A DNA stretch of 63,354 nt, the filler included, from Bigelowiella natans CCMP2755 (lineage: Eukaryota > Protista > Cercozoa): assembly GCA_000320545.1 (NCBI GenBank). It is 11 parts of 11 records of this genome, joined end to end, with 100 filler letters (N's around TTAATTAATTAA, not from the genome) between each part and the next. Parts side by side here need not be neighbours in the genome. Positions count along the whole stretch, not along the records: positions 10,450 to 15,717 come from ADNK01003569.1; positions 15,818 to 17,521 come from ADNK01003178.1; positions 17,622 to 19,137 come from ADNK01000970.1; positions 19,238 to 29,977 come from ADNK01001118.1; 7 more parts are not named here. One strand, written 5' to 3'. Below the pieces are notes generated by a model that saw only the letters and a list, made by a program, of their open reading frames with translations, searched no databases and had not been told where the DNA came from. How positions within the stretch are numbered: position 1 is the stretch's first letter; each line of letters opens with the position of its first letter. Positions 14,396 through 27,716 of the stretch are shown piece after piece. The position numbers were made by a program, and so were the translations under genes.

Positions 14396-14682
14396 ATGTC
14401 GAAGATAATCGACAAGAAGGCGGTAGTAGCCCGGAGAGCGAAGCTGAAGGCGAAGTGCGACATCGAGATTGGAGCGGGGACTTTCATTCACAACGATTGT
14501 CAAATCCTAGCGCTGAAGGGGCCGATCTACATCGGGTATGTGGTTGGCCATGCGAGAGGCAGCAGCGGCGGTTTCCAAAGATGACGGCGCGCACGCGCTC
14601 GGTTCGCACGCACTTGCACGCATACGTAGCAATAGTCACGATTTTCGCCGCACAGACAAATGAATTGGGCGCACGCTTTCCA

Positions 14683-14713
<31 letters not shown>

Positions 14714-15321
14714 TACGCGAAGATGCACAATGAGCTCAGAGTCCCCCCCCCCCCCGTTTGCGATTTAGATCGGAGAATCTAATAGAGGAACAAGTCGTCA
14801 TCGTAAATAATACCACAACTCCGATGATTATTGGAGACCATAATTACATAGGTCAGCCACGAAGAGAGAGAGAGAGAGAGGGGGGGGGAGAGGGAGGGAG
14901 AGAGAGTAGCATGATGCCATGGCGTGGTTTCGTCAGTGCTCTCCAGAGCAGGAAAAGGCTACTAGAGCGTAATCCGCTGAGTCGTAAAACTACAGAGAAT
15001 GTGTTCTCCCCTCACCCTGCCGTGTGCCCGTTCCAATCGGAAAAGAGGCATTGCATAATGTTAGAAACAACCTTTGCCTTCTTCTACTGCTGCTGCTACT
15101 ACCACCACTACTACTTCTACTACTATGGCAGAGGTAGGAGCGAGGATAGAATCCCTCAAGATAGGAAGCAGAAACAAATTCGAGTGCAAGAGCTCCGTTG
15201 CGGCTGGGGCGGAGGTTGGCGACGATTGCATTATCGGTCGGTGACTAAGACGATAGGAGGGGGGGCAGGTTTGAGTGTGAGTGGAGAAGCAAAAGGATGA
15301 AATAAATCTCTATAATATTAT

Positions 15322-15358
<37 letters not shown>

Positions 15359-15442
15359 GCATGTGTGTATCCAGGTGCTGCTGTGGAAATATGCTCGGGT
15401 GATGTTGTGGAAGATAACTTCATCATCTTCGGAAGCAAGCAG
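14396..15442 (+). CDS. DCTN6: Dynactin subunit 6 (p27), partial; exons 14396-14535, 14769-14851, 15132-15236, 15375-15442
   Basis: DIEIGAGTFIHNDCQILALKGPIYIG|SENLIEEQVVIVN...MIIGDHNYIEVGARIESLKIGSRNKFECKS...VGDDCIIGA: left-handed beta-helix hexapeptides matching p27. Confidence 0.88.
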
Positions 15443-15473
15443 GTTGTTCTCGTAGGATGATGACGACTACGAC

Positions 15474-15506
<33 letters not shown>

Positions 15507-15660
15507 AATGATTCCTTCTCCCCTTTCCCCCCCTGGCCTTCCCCCCCCCCTTCTTCGATAAGCTATGCTATCATTTATGAAAGAACTCGATCTTTGATGG
15601 AACGTGCAAGTAGACTGCGCGACCGTGCATTCACACCACACACACACACACACACACACA

Positions 15661-15717
<57 letters not shown>

Positions 15718-15817
15718 NNNNNNNNNNNNNNNNNNNNNNNNNNNNNNNNNNNNNNNNNNNNTTAATTAATTAANNNNNNNNNNNNNNNNNNNNNNNNNNN
15801 NNNNNNNNNNNNNNNNN

Positions 15818-17521
15818 TTGCACCGCGATGCTCCCACAGGAACAGAATGCAGTGTGGATGAGTATGCAAATATTCTGGAGACAAATTCATTCATACTGTT
15901 GGCAGGGTTTGTGCTCTTTTTCGTATTTGCTCTGTGTGTCGTTGTATTTGGATGTTTTTGCGGACGGAGTAAAAGGCCAAGAACCTCTTCTGAGAAAGCT
16001 GACCATTCCAATCCTTCGACTAGAAAAGTAGGAAACATTGATGCTGTTAAAAAACCTGTTGTTAAAAAACCTGTTGTTAAAAAACCTGTTGTCAAAATAC
16101 CAGCACTAACAAAGAGTAAGAAAGAAGAACTGAAGAGACTGCGAGACCAATACGAAAAACTCACTGTAAAAAGAAAAGAAGTAGGAAACATCAACAATGG
16201 CTTTAAAATGGACATATCCTGTGAATTGAAGCATAATAGCACACAGATGCAGCACAACGAAAGTGGGACCCAGAGTGATTCCAAGACTTCTTACAATGTC
16301 ATCAGTGGGAAGATGATGCCGAGCAATCTTGCGACCCCTGGAGTAGTCACATTGGAGGAAGTGTTGGAAATGAAAGATGAGGGGCAAAAGATTTATTCGT
16401 TGTGCAAAGGGGGTATTGAAGTCGTTAGTCACTTTTTGGACAATGATTTGGCGGTTGCACTTGGCACGGTTGTATTCATACCTTTCAAGTGGTGTGTGAG
16501 ATGGGTAGCCAAAAAAGATGCGGAGTGGAAAGAGTGGAGTGAGGCTGTGACAGCCCAATTAGATCGAATTGAATCCTTCATAATAGCAAAAGAAGAAGGA
16601 ATACTTAAAGGAGCAATCCAGCTTTTCAAAGAGGCTATCCGCCAAGGAAACCCAAAAAAAAGAGAAGATCTGTTCCAATTAGCAAAGTCTAAAGCGGTTG
16701 ACATATTCAATAACAAACAGATGGATTTAGGCAAAAGGATCATTGCTGCAAGTATATGTGTGTCAACGACTGCACGAAAGGATGCTAAAACCTACCTTCA
16801 ACCTCTTTTCGACATCAAAGAACTACAGAATGACATCAAGAAAGTATCGTCAGGAAAATCTATGTTTGAGGGTCGAGAAGCATTCATCAATCGAGTTCGT
16901 AGAGTCTACCAAGTGTTCAGAATTGCAAAAGCTGATGAAAAATTTAAGTCGAACAGTGTTTCTTCTGAGAAATCGGTTTACCAGCATCTAAAGGACATCT
17001 TGATAGAAGCCATTCCCAAAGTCCAAAACAGCATATTACCTGCAAGTCAAGTTTTAACATTCTCTGATGAGATGTATGACTGTGTAGGCGGGATGGAGAA
17101 GGAGATTGATGCGAAGTTGAGACAAGGGAAACTCCCTGAGATGAATACTAGGAGGGGATTTTTGGGAGTGGCTGTTGGGGATGGCAAACTGTTTGCTGTT
17201 GGTGGGAGTGATGGTAGTAATCGTCTCAAATCTGGGATGTATCTGGATTTGAAGAATGTGGATGCGGGGTGGAAGAAACTCCCTGATTTGAATACTAAGA
17301 GGAATGGTTTGGGTGTGGCCGTTGGGAATGGCAAACTGTTTGCTGTTGGTGGGGATGATGGTCCTAATTATCTCAAATCTGGGGAGTATCTGGACTTGAA
17401 GGATGTGGATGCGGGGTGGAAGAACTCCCTGATTTGATACTAGAGGAATGGTTTGGGTGGTGGCGTTGGGGATGGCAACTGTTGCTGTGGTGGTATTATC
17501 TCACTCTGGTCTCAAATCTGG
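15818..17521 (+). CDS. Intronless membrane-anchored protein with helical mid-domain and C-terminal Kelch repeats (both ends cut by gaps)
   Basis: TM helix FILLAGFVLFFVFALCVVVFGCF, (KKPVV)3, and Kelch units LPEMNTRRGFLGVAVGDGKLFAVGG..W repeating every 147 bp. Confidence 0.8.
17129..17521 (+). repeat. Near-identical 147-bp tandem Kelch-coding repeats (2 full, third degraded)
   Basis: aaactccctga at 17129 and 17276, and aactccctga at ~17423, followed by shared ggcaaactgtttgctgttggtggg and ctcaaatctggg. Confidence 0.9.
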
Positions 17522-18313
17522 NNNNNNNNNNNNNNNNNNNNNNNNNNNNNNNNNNNNNNNNNNNNTTAATTAATTAANNNNNNNNNNNNNNNNNNNNNNN
17601 NNNNNNNNNNNNNNNNNNNNNGCTATTGTCCCTTTTCCTCCCCCACCACCCTCATCATAGTCTTCATGATCATCATCGTCACCATACAGATTCATACCCT
17701 TCCCAGGTCCATCGGTTCGATTTGTTATTGCCACGTAAACCCCCATAAGGTAAAACAACCAATACTAGTACTACTACTCAAAATAATACATTCTGTAACA
17801 ATGTATACGGAGGAGGATTTGCATTAAGATACTAGCACTGAAGTCTCCCCTCACAACTATAAATACATACAAAAAGAAAGAGAGCGAGAGAGACAGAGAG
17901 AGAGAGACAGAGAGAGACGCACACACTCACACACACACACACACACACACAACACACACACACAACAAAAGCGCGCACCATTCATTCCTCCTGACGTGGA
18001 TCGATACGATAGATCATAACGACCTTCTTCTTCTTCTTCTTCTTCTTCTTCTTCTTCTTTGTTGTTGTTGTTGATGTTGGTATTGCTGTCTTCTTATGAA
18101 CAAAGTCTTTACTGCCTGACGCCCCGAGTCAGTGATGATGAATAAGCCACTCTCCCAAGCTGTGCTCTGACGCGTACCGTCCCCCCCCCCCCCCCCCCAA
18201 CTCTGATGGACGCAGTGCTGCTAAATCATCAACCAAAACACAACACAGCAGCGAGCGGCACCTGATGATAGTATACTTTAAATTTTAAGTGTAGTGGTGG
18301 TGGTAGTAGTAGC

Positions 18314-18344
<31 letters not shown>

Positions 18345-18530
18345 TGGTTTATAGAGCGAAGGAGCTAGGGATAATGGTATGCTGCTGCTGCTGCTGATGC
18401 TGCAAGGAGACTTACTACTTCGTCTCCTTCTTCTCCACCTCCTTCCTCCTCTATCGCTACTACTACTATTACTACTACTAATTCTAAAACTACTACAACC
18501 GACGATGGTCTTGTTTGTGTGTTTTGTCAG

Positions 18531-18845
18531 CTTTGCTTTTGACGAGATCGATGTTCCTGAGTTTCAGATGATTCTTGATTTCTGCATCGATGTTGACAAG
18601 TAAGAAGCGCCTCCTACCAATGAATGCTGGTGTCGGGAAATACAACACTCGCCCCCCACCTCCCATGATGATGATGATGATGATGATGACGATGATGATG
18701 GTGATGATGACAGTTTTCCCCTTCTCCTCCTCCTCCTCCTCTTCTATTTTTCGGCCCATTCTTCCTCTTCACAATAGTAACACCACTCTACCACAGATAC
18801 CTGGAGAAGGACGACGAGAAGAATGTCGTGTGCGTTCACTGCTCG
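18531..18845 (+). CDS. PTEN/tensin-like phosphatase, internal exons 18531-18599 and 18797-18845
   Basis: FAFDEIDVPEFQMILDFCIDVDK|YLEKDDEKNVVCVHCS aligns by eye with PTEN [38 protein letters not shown]. Confidence 0.75.
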
Positions 18846-19349
18846 GTAGGTTATTGGGCGATGATGGTGATGGGGGGGGGGGGGGGGGTTTTAAATTATA
18901 ATAATAATATTTTGCAGCAGGGAAGATATCATCATCCTCATCCTCCCCTCTCGGGGTTGTGATAGGAAAACTCCCCCCTCTGGTGGAGTTGTTGTTGTTT
19001 GTGTCGGAGTCGGTGGTATTATCCTGATAATGGAAATGTGAAAGGGGCGCACCAAGGAGTGCGAAAAACCTTCCGGTTGCATGCGGGATAGAATGTGGGA
19101 GAGCGAGGGCTCTACCGATGCAATTCAGGAACCGCCTNNNNNNNNNNNNNNNNNNNNNNNNNNNNNNNNNNNNNNNNNNNNTTAATTAATTAANNNNNNN
19201 NNNNNNNNNNNNNNNNNNNNNNNNNNNNNNNNNNNNNGTACCCCGATAGTAATATTTTCAAGAAAACAATTTTTTGTTCTAAAGGTCGGTTATGTCCAAA
19301 AGCACACGGATGGGTGAATGAATAAACCACTACGACGACTGAACCACCT

Positions 19350-19451
19350 GGGTTTCAGCACCAGTAGCAACGTTGTTGCGATGTCAACTTCGCTCGCGTC
19401 ATCATCTTTAATAGAAATCGGTTTTTCTCATTTCTCCATCTTGAATGTATC

Positions 19452-19507
<56 letters not shown>

Positions 19508-19627
19508 TACACACACATGCACATACACACACTCACGCGCGCGCGCACGCGAGCACAAGTACATAAATATAAGAAAAAGTAGCTGCGCACCTCTCAACTT
19601 TCCCATGGCTAATGCCTGACACACGCA

Positions 19628-19693
<66 letters not shown>

Positions 19694-20241
19694 AAGAGAG
19701 AGAGGGAGAGAGAGGAGGAGGATGGTAGGGTAGATAAGAAAGCAAATTAGGAAAAAGGCATTTCTTCGATATGAAAGTAAGACGACTCCCGTTGAAGACT
19801 TTATCTATAGAGAAAGAAGGGTGTTACAAGAGCAGCTATTTGTTTTCTCCTCTCCGTATCTCCATCATCATCTTCGAACCTCATCTCCATTAGTTAATAG
19901 TGGGTGAAGGAGGCTAAGATATCTGCATGAAAGAAGAAAAAGAAGAAGGAGCCATAAAGTATAAGCTGATATTATCAGCCAGATACCGTATTGCAGAATT
20001 TCGTAGCTCGATTGTCGCGCATTGTAAGAGTTACAGTGAACCCGCAGGTGTATTCACGTGCGTGTGTGTGTGAGTATGTGTGTGTGTGTTTGAAATTCTG
20101 GTCACTTCCTCTCACGGAACAGAGAATCATAACATGTCGGAACAGAGAATCATAACATGTCGACATGTATACGAGTGCTACTAATTTCTGTGTTTCATTT
20201 AAAGTCAAGCCCCCCCCCCCCCCCCCTCCCAACAACCATAT

Positions 20242-20273
<32 letters not shown>

Positions 20274-21714
20274 CTACTACTACTACTACATGATCTTGTC
20301 TCTTTTCGGATCCATATTTAGGGCAGAGAGGTGCAGCTCTTCTGGGTCTAAGATAATATCGTCCTGCGACACCATAATTAGCTCATAGAAGCCGGAGAAA
20401 GCTACGTGGGACAACGAGAACTCGTGCATCACGACATCATATAAAAGTGTATACATATATATATTAATATATATATATATATATATATATATTTGATCTG
20501 CAACGGTTAAAGTTGCGTCGTGTGATAGGCGGCTGACTCTCAAGTGAAATAATAACCGCTTCCATCCCCTTTGCTTTGTAGAATGACACTTGGGGATCTG
20601 AGTAGTTATCGTTACAGAAGGGGAAAACAACAGATGAGAGCTAGGTAGACTGAAACGTTATAAATTAACTGTTGAAAATGTGAGAAAAGGATTGGCGTGT
20701 GCGTAGAATGGAGAATAATGCGCATTTTGTTAAAGCACAGCCGTAGTTCATGCTCTTAATTTACATATCCTTTAAATTATATGTATCAACTTTATGCGTG
20801 GGCGGAACGTGTGTCTATAGGACATGCTCACTGTTTCTCCCCCCCAGTGTTATAACCATGATGTCCTCTTCTAACAGACCTGAGAGCTTCTCGACCTTTT
20901 GCAGCCAACTGGCATTGTAGTGTGCATAATAGCATCCCTAAATCGACAAGTATCATCAAGTCGAAGAAACAATAGGAAGAGATGTACAATTGAGTAGACG
21001 ACAGCCTGATTAGAACAGTCGCTGCGGCGTTAGCGCGGCGTTTCGCTCAGAATGAGGACATAGCGTACCGGAAACATATCGGGAATGATGTTGTCCTTAT
21101 TGCTGAGATACGCTTGCAACAGGGTTGTTGCGTTCGTTCTTTTGAAGACACGCGTATCGTGTGCGCCTCGCCTGTAGCGCAATCTGATCGTGTTCGTGCA
21201 TCATCAATTGATTCAAGAAGCCTCCATCATCTCATGGATGAATTAATGCTTTTTTCTTTTTGCGTATTCTCATCTTGAATAATGGCTATTTCTGCGCGAC
21301 GCGTATTATACCTAGAGTGACTCAATGAGCGATCCCTCCTAATCAGAATATGTGAGTTTTCATCAACCCGAAACACATGGAGCACACGCGCCAATACGAG
21401 GATGTCCAGGACAATTTTTTTTTGTGTAAGGCTTCTACCTTTGGATTCCGAACAAATCTTCTAATGAATTCAATGGAAGGCGCGATGTCGCACGATCGAG
21501 CTCACTTCGCCCCCTTGCTGGCCCCTCCTCGGACTTGAGCACAGCTGACGACAAACAGGGCATCCATACGTCCGTGAGCCTCTTCTCACTACACCACAAT
21601 TTATTAACCTGAATCGTGTCCGCATAAATTATGCATCACCATAACCACAACAAAGAAGAGTAGCGGTGCAAAACGACGCCATTTCTTCTTCGTTCGGGCC
21701 TCTACGGCGCCCAT
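19350..21714 (-). CDS. Hypothetical multi-exon gene, exon structure unresolved
   Basis: Putative first exon MGAVEARTKKKWRRFAPLLFFVVVMVMH, plus GT-AG-bounded open segments (TLLQAYLSNKDNIIPDMFP; GCYYAHYNASWLQKVEKLSG; DDIILDPEELHLSALN). No family recognised. Confidence 0.35.
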
Positions 21715-22391
21715 GCGAAAGCGGCTGGAAGCCCTGATTGGTTCAGAAATTCTGACGATTCTGAACAAAATTATCACTAGAAATATCTGGATATATTTTC
21801 ACATACTCTCCTTTCAAAACCGTGGATTTCGGCTTCCTTCAGCATTTCAGTCGGTTCATATATAGGATATTTCTCCGTCTAAAACAGCTAATCTTTCCCG
21901 CTGCCATTTAGTTGGAACTCTGGAGTTCCATGTTAGTCATGCGCGAGAGACATGATGTGTGCCAAGACTTATATAAGAAAAGCATTCCATTTCGACGCAA
22001 AATTCCTGACTACAAAATCTCAGATAACTTTCTGTTCCAACTTCGAGGCCGATTCGGAGTGTTTTAATATATTCTTATTTTTATGCAGCGTAAATATCAA
22101 AAATAGCATCCGTTTGCTTTATTTGATGTAGCACGATAGTTTTTGAACAACTGAAACTTTCGGACACCCAACCCTCTAGGCTCGGGGGGGGGCGGAGAGC
22201 AGAATTAGAAGGAGTTAAAGAAAGACTTGAGTGGTGGCACAACAGGACAAGACTCCTTGCTAGCCTGTGATTGCGACGCTTTCGTTAGGTAGAGAAAAGT
22301 AGAAGGCTGTGGGCGTCAAACGTTCCGATCTGATTAGACTCGAGTGAGACCAACGTGGAGGTGGTAGCCGAGCCAAGGGAGTGTCTGCAAG

Positions 22392-22879
22392 ATGTTCAAC
22401 TTTTTCTTCCGTCCAAGAAAGAAGTTTTCTTTGGAGAACCTCAAGTAAGTTTTCCGGGTTAAAAGACCCGCGTCAAATAACACAAGTTCTTGAGGCGAGC
22501 GATTTTCGAAAGCACACCGCAGATTTGTCTACTGATTTTATGTTGAGTGAGTCGCTGTCGTTTCACCAAATACAGATAGCACACCACAGTCAATGAATTG
22601 TTGTGTTTCTCTTGTTTAGAAAAGCCAGTTTTAATTGGCTTTTCTGCCATGGCGAAGCTGCTAATCCATAGAGGCTCGTTGTGTGTGTAATCGCCAAAAT
22701 TGATTCATATACCTTCTATGATGATCCTTCCAGGTACCTCTACCAGCAGCTGCTGAAAAATGTCGTGGTCACAAAAAAGAATCAAACGGTTGTCGTTGAA
22801 GTCCTCCGGCAAATCGCAGAGCTTATGATTTGGGGCGACAAGCACAACCCTAGTTTCTTCGAGTAATTTTTAATATGAA

Positions 22880-22922
<43 letters not shown>

Positions 22923-23318
22923 TACAATATTCTTATGTATACATCATGTTTCCAAATCATGTGTGTACATACCCTTCCCTTCACCTTGCATGTACGAAGA
23001 GATTACTATGTGTGATCAGATTTATTAAAATGAAAAAAAAAAGGAGCAAGACTCATTCTTCATGATTATCTTACTTTCGCGTCATCTTACTAATAACTTC
23101 CGTCGCGTCTTGTGACAATGGTCAGCTTCTTTTGTGAGAAGAACATCCTGAAGCACTGCATCGAAATATTGGGGCAAAAATGTGAGAAATCAGTCAAAGT
23201 TCAAGTGATACAGAGCCTAAGTATTCTCCTGCAGAACACCCACAGCGAGACAGCAGGTCGTAAATTTTATAAATCTTTAAGAGCGTGAGTTCTAGGATAT
23301 TGTGTGTATGTTTTCTTA

Positions 23319-23363
<45 letters not shown>

Positions 23364-25123
23364 GTGTGTGTGTGTGCTGTTTCCTTCCTTCTCTGCAGTG
23401 TTCTACCTCTTATCCAACAACTACATCAACGACCTCATCGTCCACAAATTCGACTTTTCGGACGAGGGTCTCCTGGCCTACTACATCTCATTTCTGAAGG
23501 TAGCCTTGATGAAGATGATGATCGGTTTTGAAGATTTACACGTTGAAAAGCATATGCACAGTAGAACCGAGGTTCACAATGAATACACAGATAGATGATG
23601 CTCCACTGACGAATTTTCGTGAAATTTACAATGTTGTGAAATTACTTTTCTGGAGATTGAGAGAGAGGGTGCATTTATATCATTGTAGATCCACCTCATC
23701 CCACCACAGCCACGCACACAAAGAAAGTCACACACATGCACACACACACACACACACATATACACACGTACACACAACACAAATACGCTCGCACGGATGC
23801 ACAGATATAGAACACAACGCAGCCACATGAGAGACGAACTGGGGAGCACTCATAGTCATTGAAGGACACAACCACATGTTCACGCTTCTTTTATGTTCCT
23901 ACAACTTTGCCCCTTATAGCTCCTCCTTACCTCTCTCTCTCTCTGTGTGTATATGCGTGTGTACACAAAAGACGCTGTCTCTCAAGTTGAACCCGCAAAC
24001 CATCCAATTCTTCTTCAACGAACGGGTGAAAAGAGAAAGAGGGAGGGGGGGGGGGGATTGTGATGATGACGAATACGAAGTCACCCTGTCCTTTTATAGC
24101 ATCCTCCTTGTAGTAGTCTTCTATTCTTGTTCTCCATCTCCCGTATGTGATGGCTGCTGTTTCACAAATATCCGAATAATTGAAAGGATATATCGAACAA
24201 TCGATCATTTGTGGCGCGAAACCATCAATGCTTTTAACTAAATCTTTGTTCAGCTTAAATCCCCTCCTTACTGATGGATCTTCTTCTGATGTACTCGTTG
24301 GTGTTAATTAATGTTATGCAGGCGCAGGATTTCCCGCTGTACACAGAGGCCATCAAATTCTTCAATCACCAGGAGCAAATGGTGCGTATCGCTGTCCGGA
24401 CCCTCACCCTGAACGTCTACAAAGTCGACTATGAGCCTTGCCAGGTGTGGTGGTTGCTTTCTTTGCTCTTTGCTCTTTGCTCTTTGCTCCATCCTCCTCC
24501 TCCTCCTCCTCCTCCTCCTCCTCATCATCATCATCACCATCATAATCATCGCCATCATCCCTTAGAAATTCATCTTGAATCGGTCGGCGGTTCCGTATTT
24601 CTCCAACTTAGTTCACTACATAGTTGATCAGGTAGTAGTATTGTTACTGTTCATTCGAGGTTGTGTAGTATTTAGTGGTAGTAGTTGTAGTAGCAGTAGT
24701 AACGAGTCAGGTGGTGGTGGGGGTGGTAGTGAGGAGGATGGGTCTGAATATCTCCAAGCTGTAGCAATTGATATCCATAGTATCTCCAAATACGAAAACG
24801 ACGCTTATGCTGCAGCCTTCGTCAGCGTTATTTATTGCCATCTACTAGGCCAGGAACATCCAAAAGCTGATGGAGAGCAGCACATATCTCAACTCACGGA
24901 AAGTCAACGAGTGCGTCGCGAACCAGATCGATCTCTACTACTATATACAGGTAGATAAGTATGATGGCTTGGAGTGTGCTGCTTGTCATGCCTCCTGATC
25001 ATGAGCAACAACATTTGTGATGGTAGGATATCTTTGATCTGGGGAAAGATATCAAAAAAGACGCCCTTGGCAACACTCTGTAATATAATCGACAACGAAA
25101 TTATTCGCTTATCGCGCGCGCGC

Positions 25124-25158
<35 letters not shown>

Positions 25159-25282
25159 GTGTGTTGTATGCAAAAATGTCATGTGCCTGTGCGATGGATA
25201 ATTGTCATTTCAACACCCGAAGATTCACGATCAAATACTTTCTTAATATCCAAATACATAGCCTCTCCTTCCACTCTTCTCA

Positions 25283-25313
<31 letters not shown>

Positions 25314-25369
25314 ATCTGTCTCTCTCTCTTCCCCCTTTCACACCCATCCGCATACAAACACACGCACAC

Positions 25370-25405
<36 letters not shown>

Positions 25406-25663
25406 TTGTTGGCCGTTGGAGTGACTCCATCATTATTCTCCTCCTCCTCCTCCTCATTATTATCATCATCGTTATACTCTGTTGTTATTATCATCAGGAT
25501 GGACCAGTTACTAGCTCACTTTATCCTTCCCGTGCTCATTGGCAGCTTGCTTCCAGTGCCTCTTAATACTCGTCAGCAGCAGAACAGGGCGAAGATGCTG
25601 CTTAGTCCAAAATTAGCTCTGTTCCTTCTTGCACAGGTAACCGCTGTACGATGCGTCGAGGGG

Positions 25664-25707
<44 letters not shown>

Positions 25708-27299
25708 TGTTCTAAATCATCATCTTCATCATCGTGATCATCATGATAATCCTGCTTCTTCCTTTCTTCCTTTTAGATATTCCTCGTGTTCCGGCACGAG
25801 GGCTTTGTCAACGCCATTGCAACATGCCTCATCGATAAGGTGTACGATGCTCTGTGTGCGGGGGAGTCGGAAGTGGGGGGGGGGGGACATATAAGAGAGG
25901 ACGAGAGGATGTGTACGTGGATGTATAAGTATGTATAGAATAGCAGTGCAGCTTTGTGACTGACCTGGCCCCCTCCCCTTGCTTCTTAGCACCCACCGTT
26001 GCTGTCGAAATGGCTAATAGACGCGGCTCCAACGCACCCGATTAAGTCGCCCGTGCCTCTGACGAGCCTTTTCTATCCTGCGTCATCATCGCAGAGAACA
26101 TCGAGCAAGAGGCACAGGCGGTGAGTGAAAGAGGAGGAGGAGAATAAGGAGAATAAGAGACTGGCCGAAGAAGGGGGAGGGAGATAATGATCTATGTTAT
26201 TTTCGAAATACGTGGTTTACTTTTCATCCTAATCATCTCCCAGGAAAGGCAGCCGCAGTGGCAATAGTAGCAAGCACCGTAGCCGATACAGTGACGATTC
26301 AGACGAAGAAGATGGGGGGGGCACTGAGGAAGAGAGAGAAGACTCCAAGAGGAGAAGCAGAAATAAGAACGATTTTAGTGATGATGATGATGATGATGAT
26401 GACGATTACGACGACCACGAAGAGGGTGATAGCACTGACCGCATGATGGGAGCTTATCATCGCCACCGCGGCACTGACGACGAGAAATCAGATTCCAAGC
26501 GAAGAAAGTCGGCCAACTAACGAGGGGAGGGGAACAGAGTAGGGAGGGCGGGGAGGTGGGGGAGCGTGCACACAGTTTTGTTTTTACAGTTTTCGGATTA
26601 CAATTAACTATGGTGGTCATGGTCATTGTGCTCTTTCTTCTTCTTCTTCTTCGTCCTCCTCTTTTATCTTCCAAACGGGGACTATAGGAAGAACCTCCCA
26701 CGAGACATGAACTTGAATGCGCGTAGCCATATGCCGGATGTTGGCCCTGTGATTAGCCCAGTCAAGGTGTGTAGGTGCTGCTGGTGGTGGTGGTGGTGTA
26801 ACATTATGCGTTTGCGCGACGACGATTATCAAAATTCATTACTACAATTCAATCCATTACTACCAGGCATGTCCAAACTACTTCGAACCGCTCCCCACCA
26901 ACGAGACACGTAGAGCTTTGATAGGTGCCTATCCTTGGATAAGAGGGGGGGGGGGGGGGGGCTATCACCATCACAATTATCATCATCATCATCATCATCA
27001 TCATCATTACAACCACCAGCATTAATTGAAATTTATCAAGAACACTCCAAAACCATTATGCTGAGTGACGCTTCCTCCCCCCCCTCGTTCTTGATAATTC
27101 TCGTAGGGATGCTGAATGAGAATCATGAGCACCTCGTCTATGGCGTGGTGACAGTGCTTGTTGCCATGCTGAAAAACCCAGCAATCAGCAAGGAGCTGCT
27201 CTACAAGGGGGCAATTTGCCCGCAGCAGTAATAATACACACATACGTACTAGTATACATTCATAATATCCATAATATAGTTAAGTATATATTCAATGTA

Positions 27300-27375
<76 letters not shown>

Positions 27376-27682
27376 ATAGATGATCAAGCGATATTTTGTG
27401 CTGATTCTTCAGGTTGGCAGTATGTTCTTAGTCTGTGTGTGTGATAAATTCCATCATCATCACACTATCTCTTCTTGTCCCTCCTCCTCCTCCTCCTCCT
27501 CCTCGTGTTTCTTCTCGGATGTACCCTCATCCTTGCCCTTCTCCCTGTTCCTCTCCCCCCCTGATTTATGCAAAATTAGATACTATCGTAAGCGGCGCCT
27601 TCTCAAGCAGTTGACCAGCAGCGAGGGGCGGTTAAGTAGTGCCCTTTCAGATATCAGCAACCCCGATGATGATGACGATAGC

Positions 27683-27716
<34 letters not shown>

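Noticed and set aside
17420-17521. Premature stop in the third Kelch repeat
   Set aside because: Multiple single-base drops right at the contig end indicate a low-quality read tail.
20116-20162. Short direct duplications (also ~50087-50131, ~57476-57508)
   Set aside because: Two-copy local slippage; no CRISPR or transposon structure.
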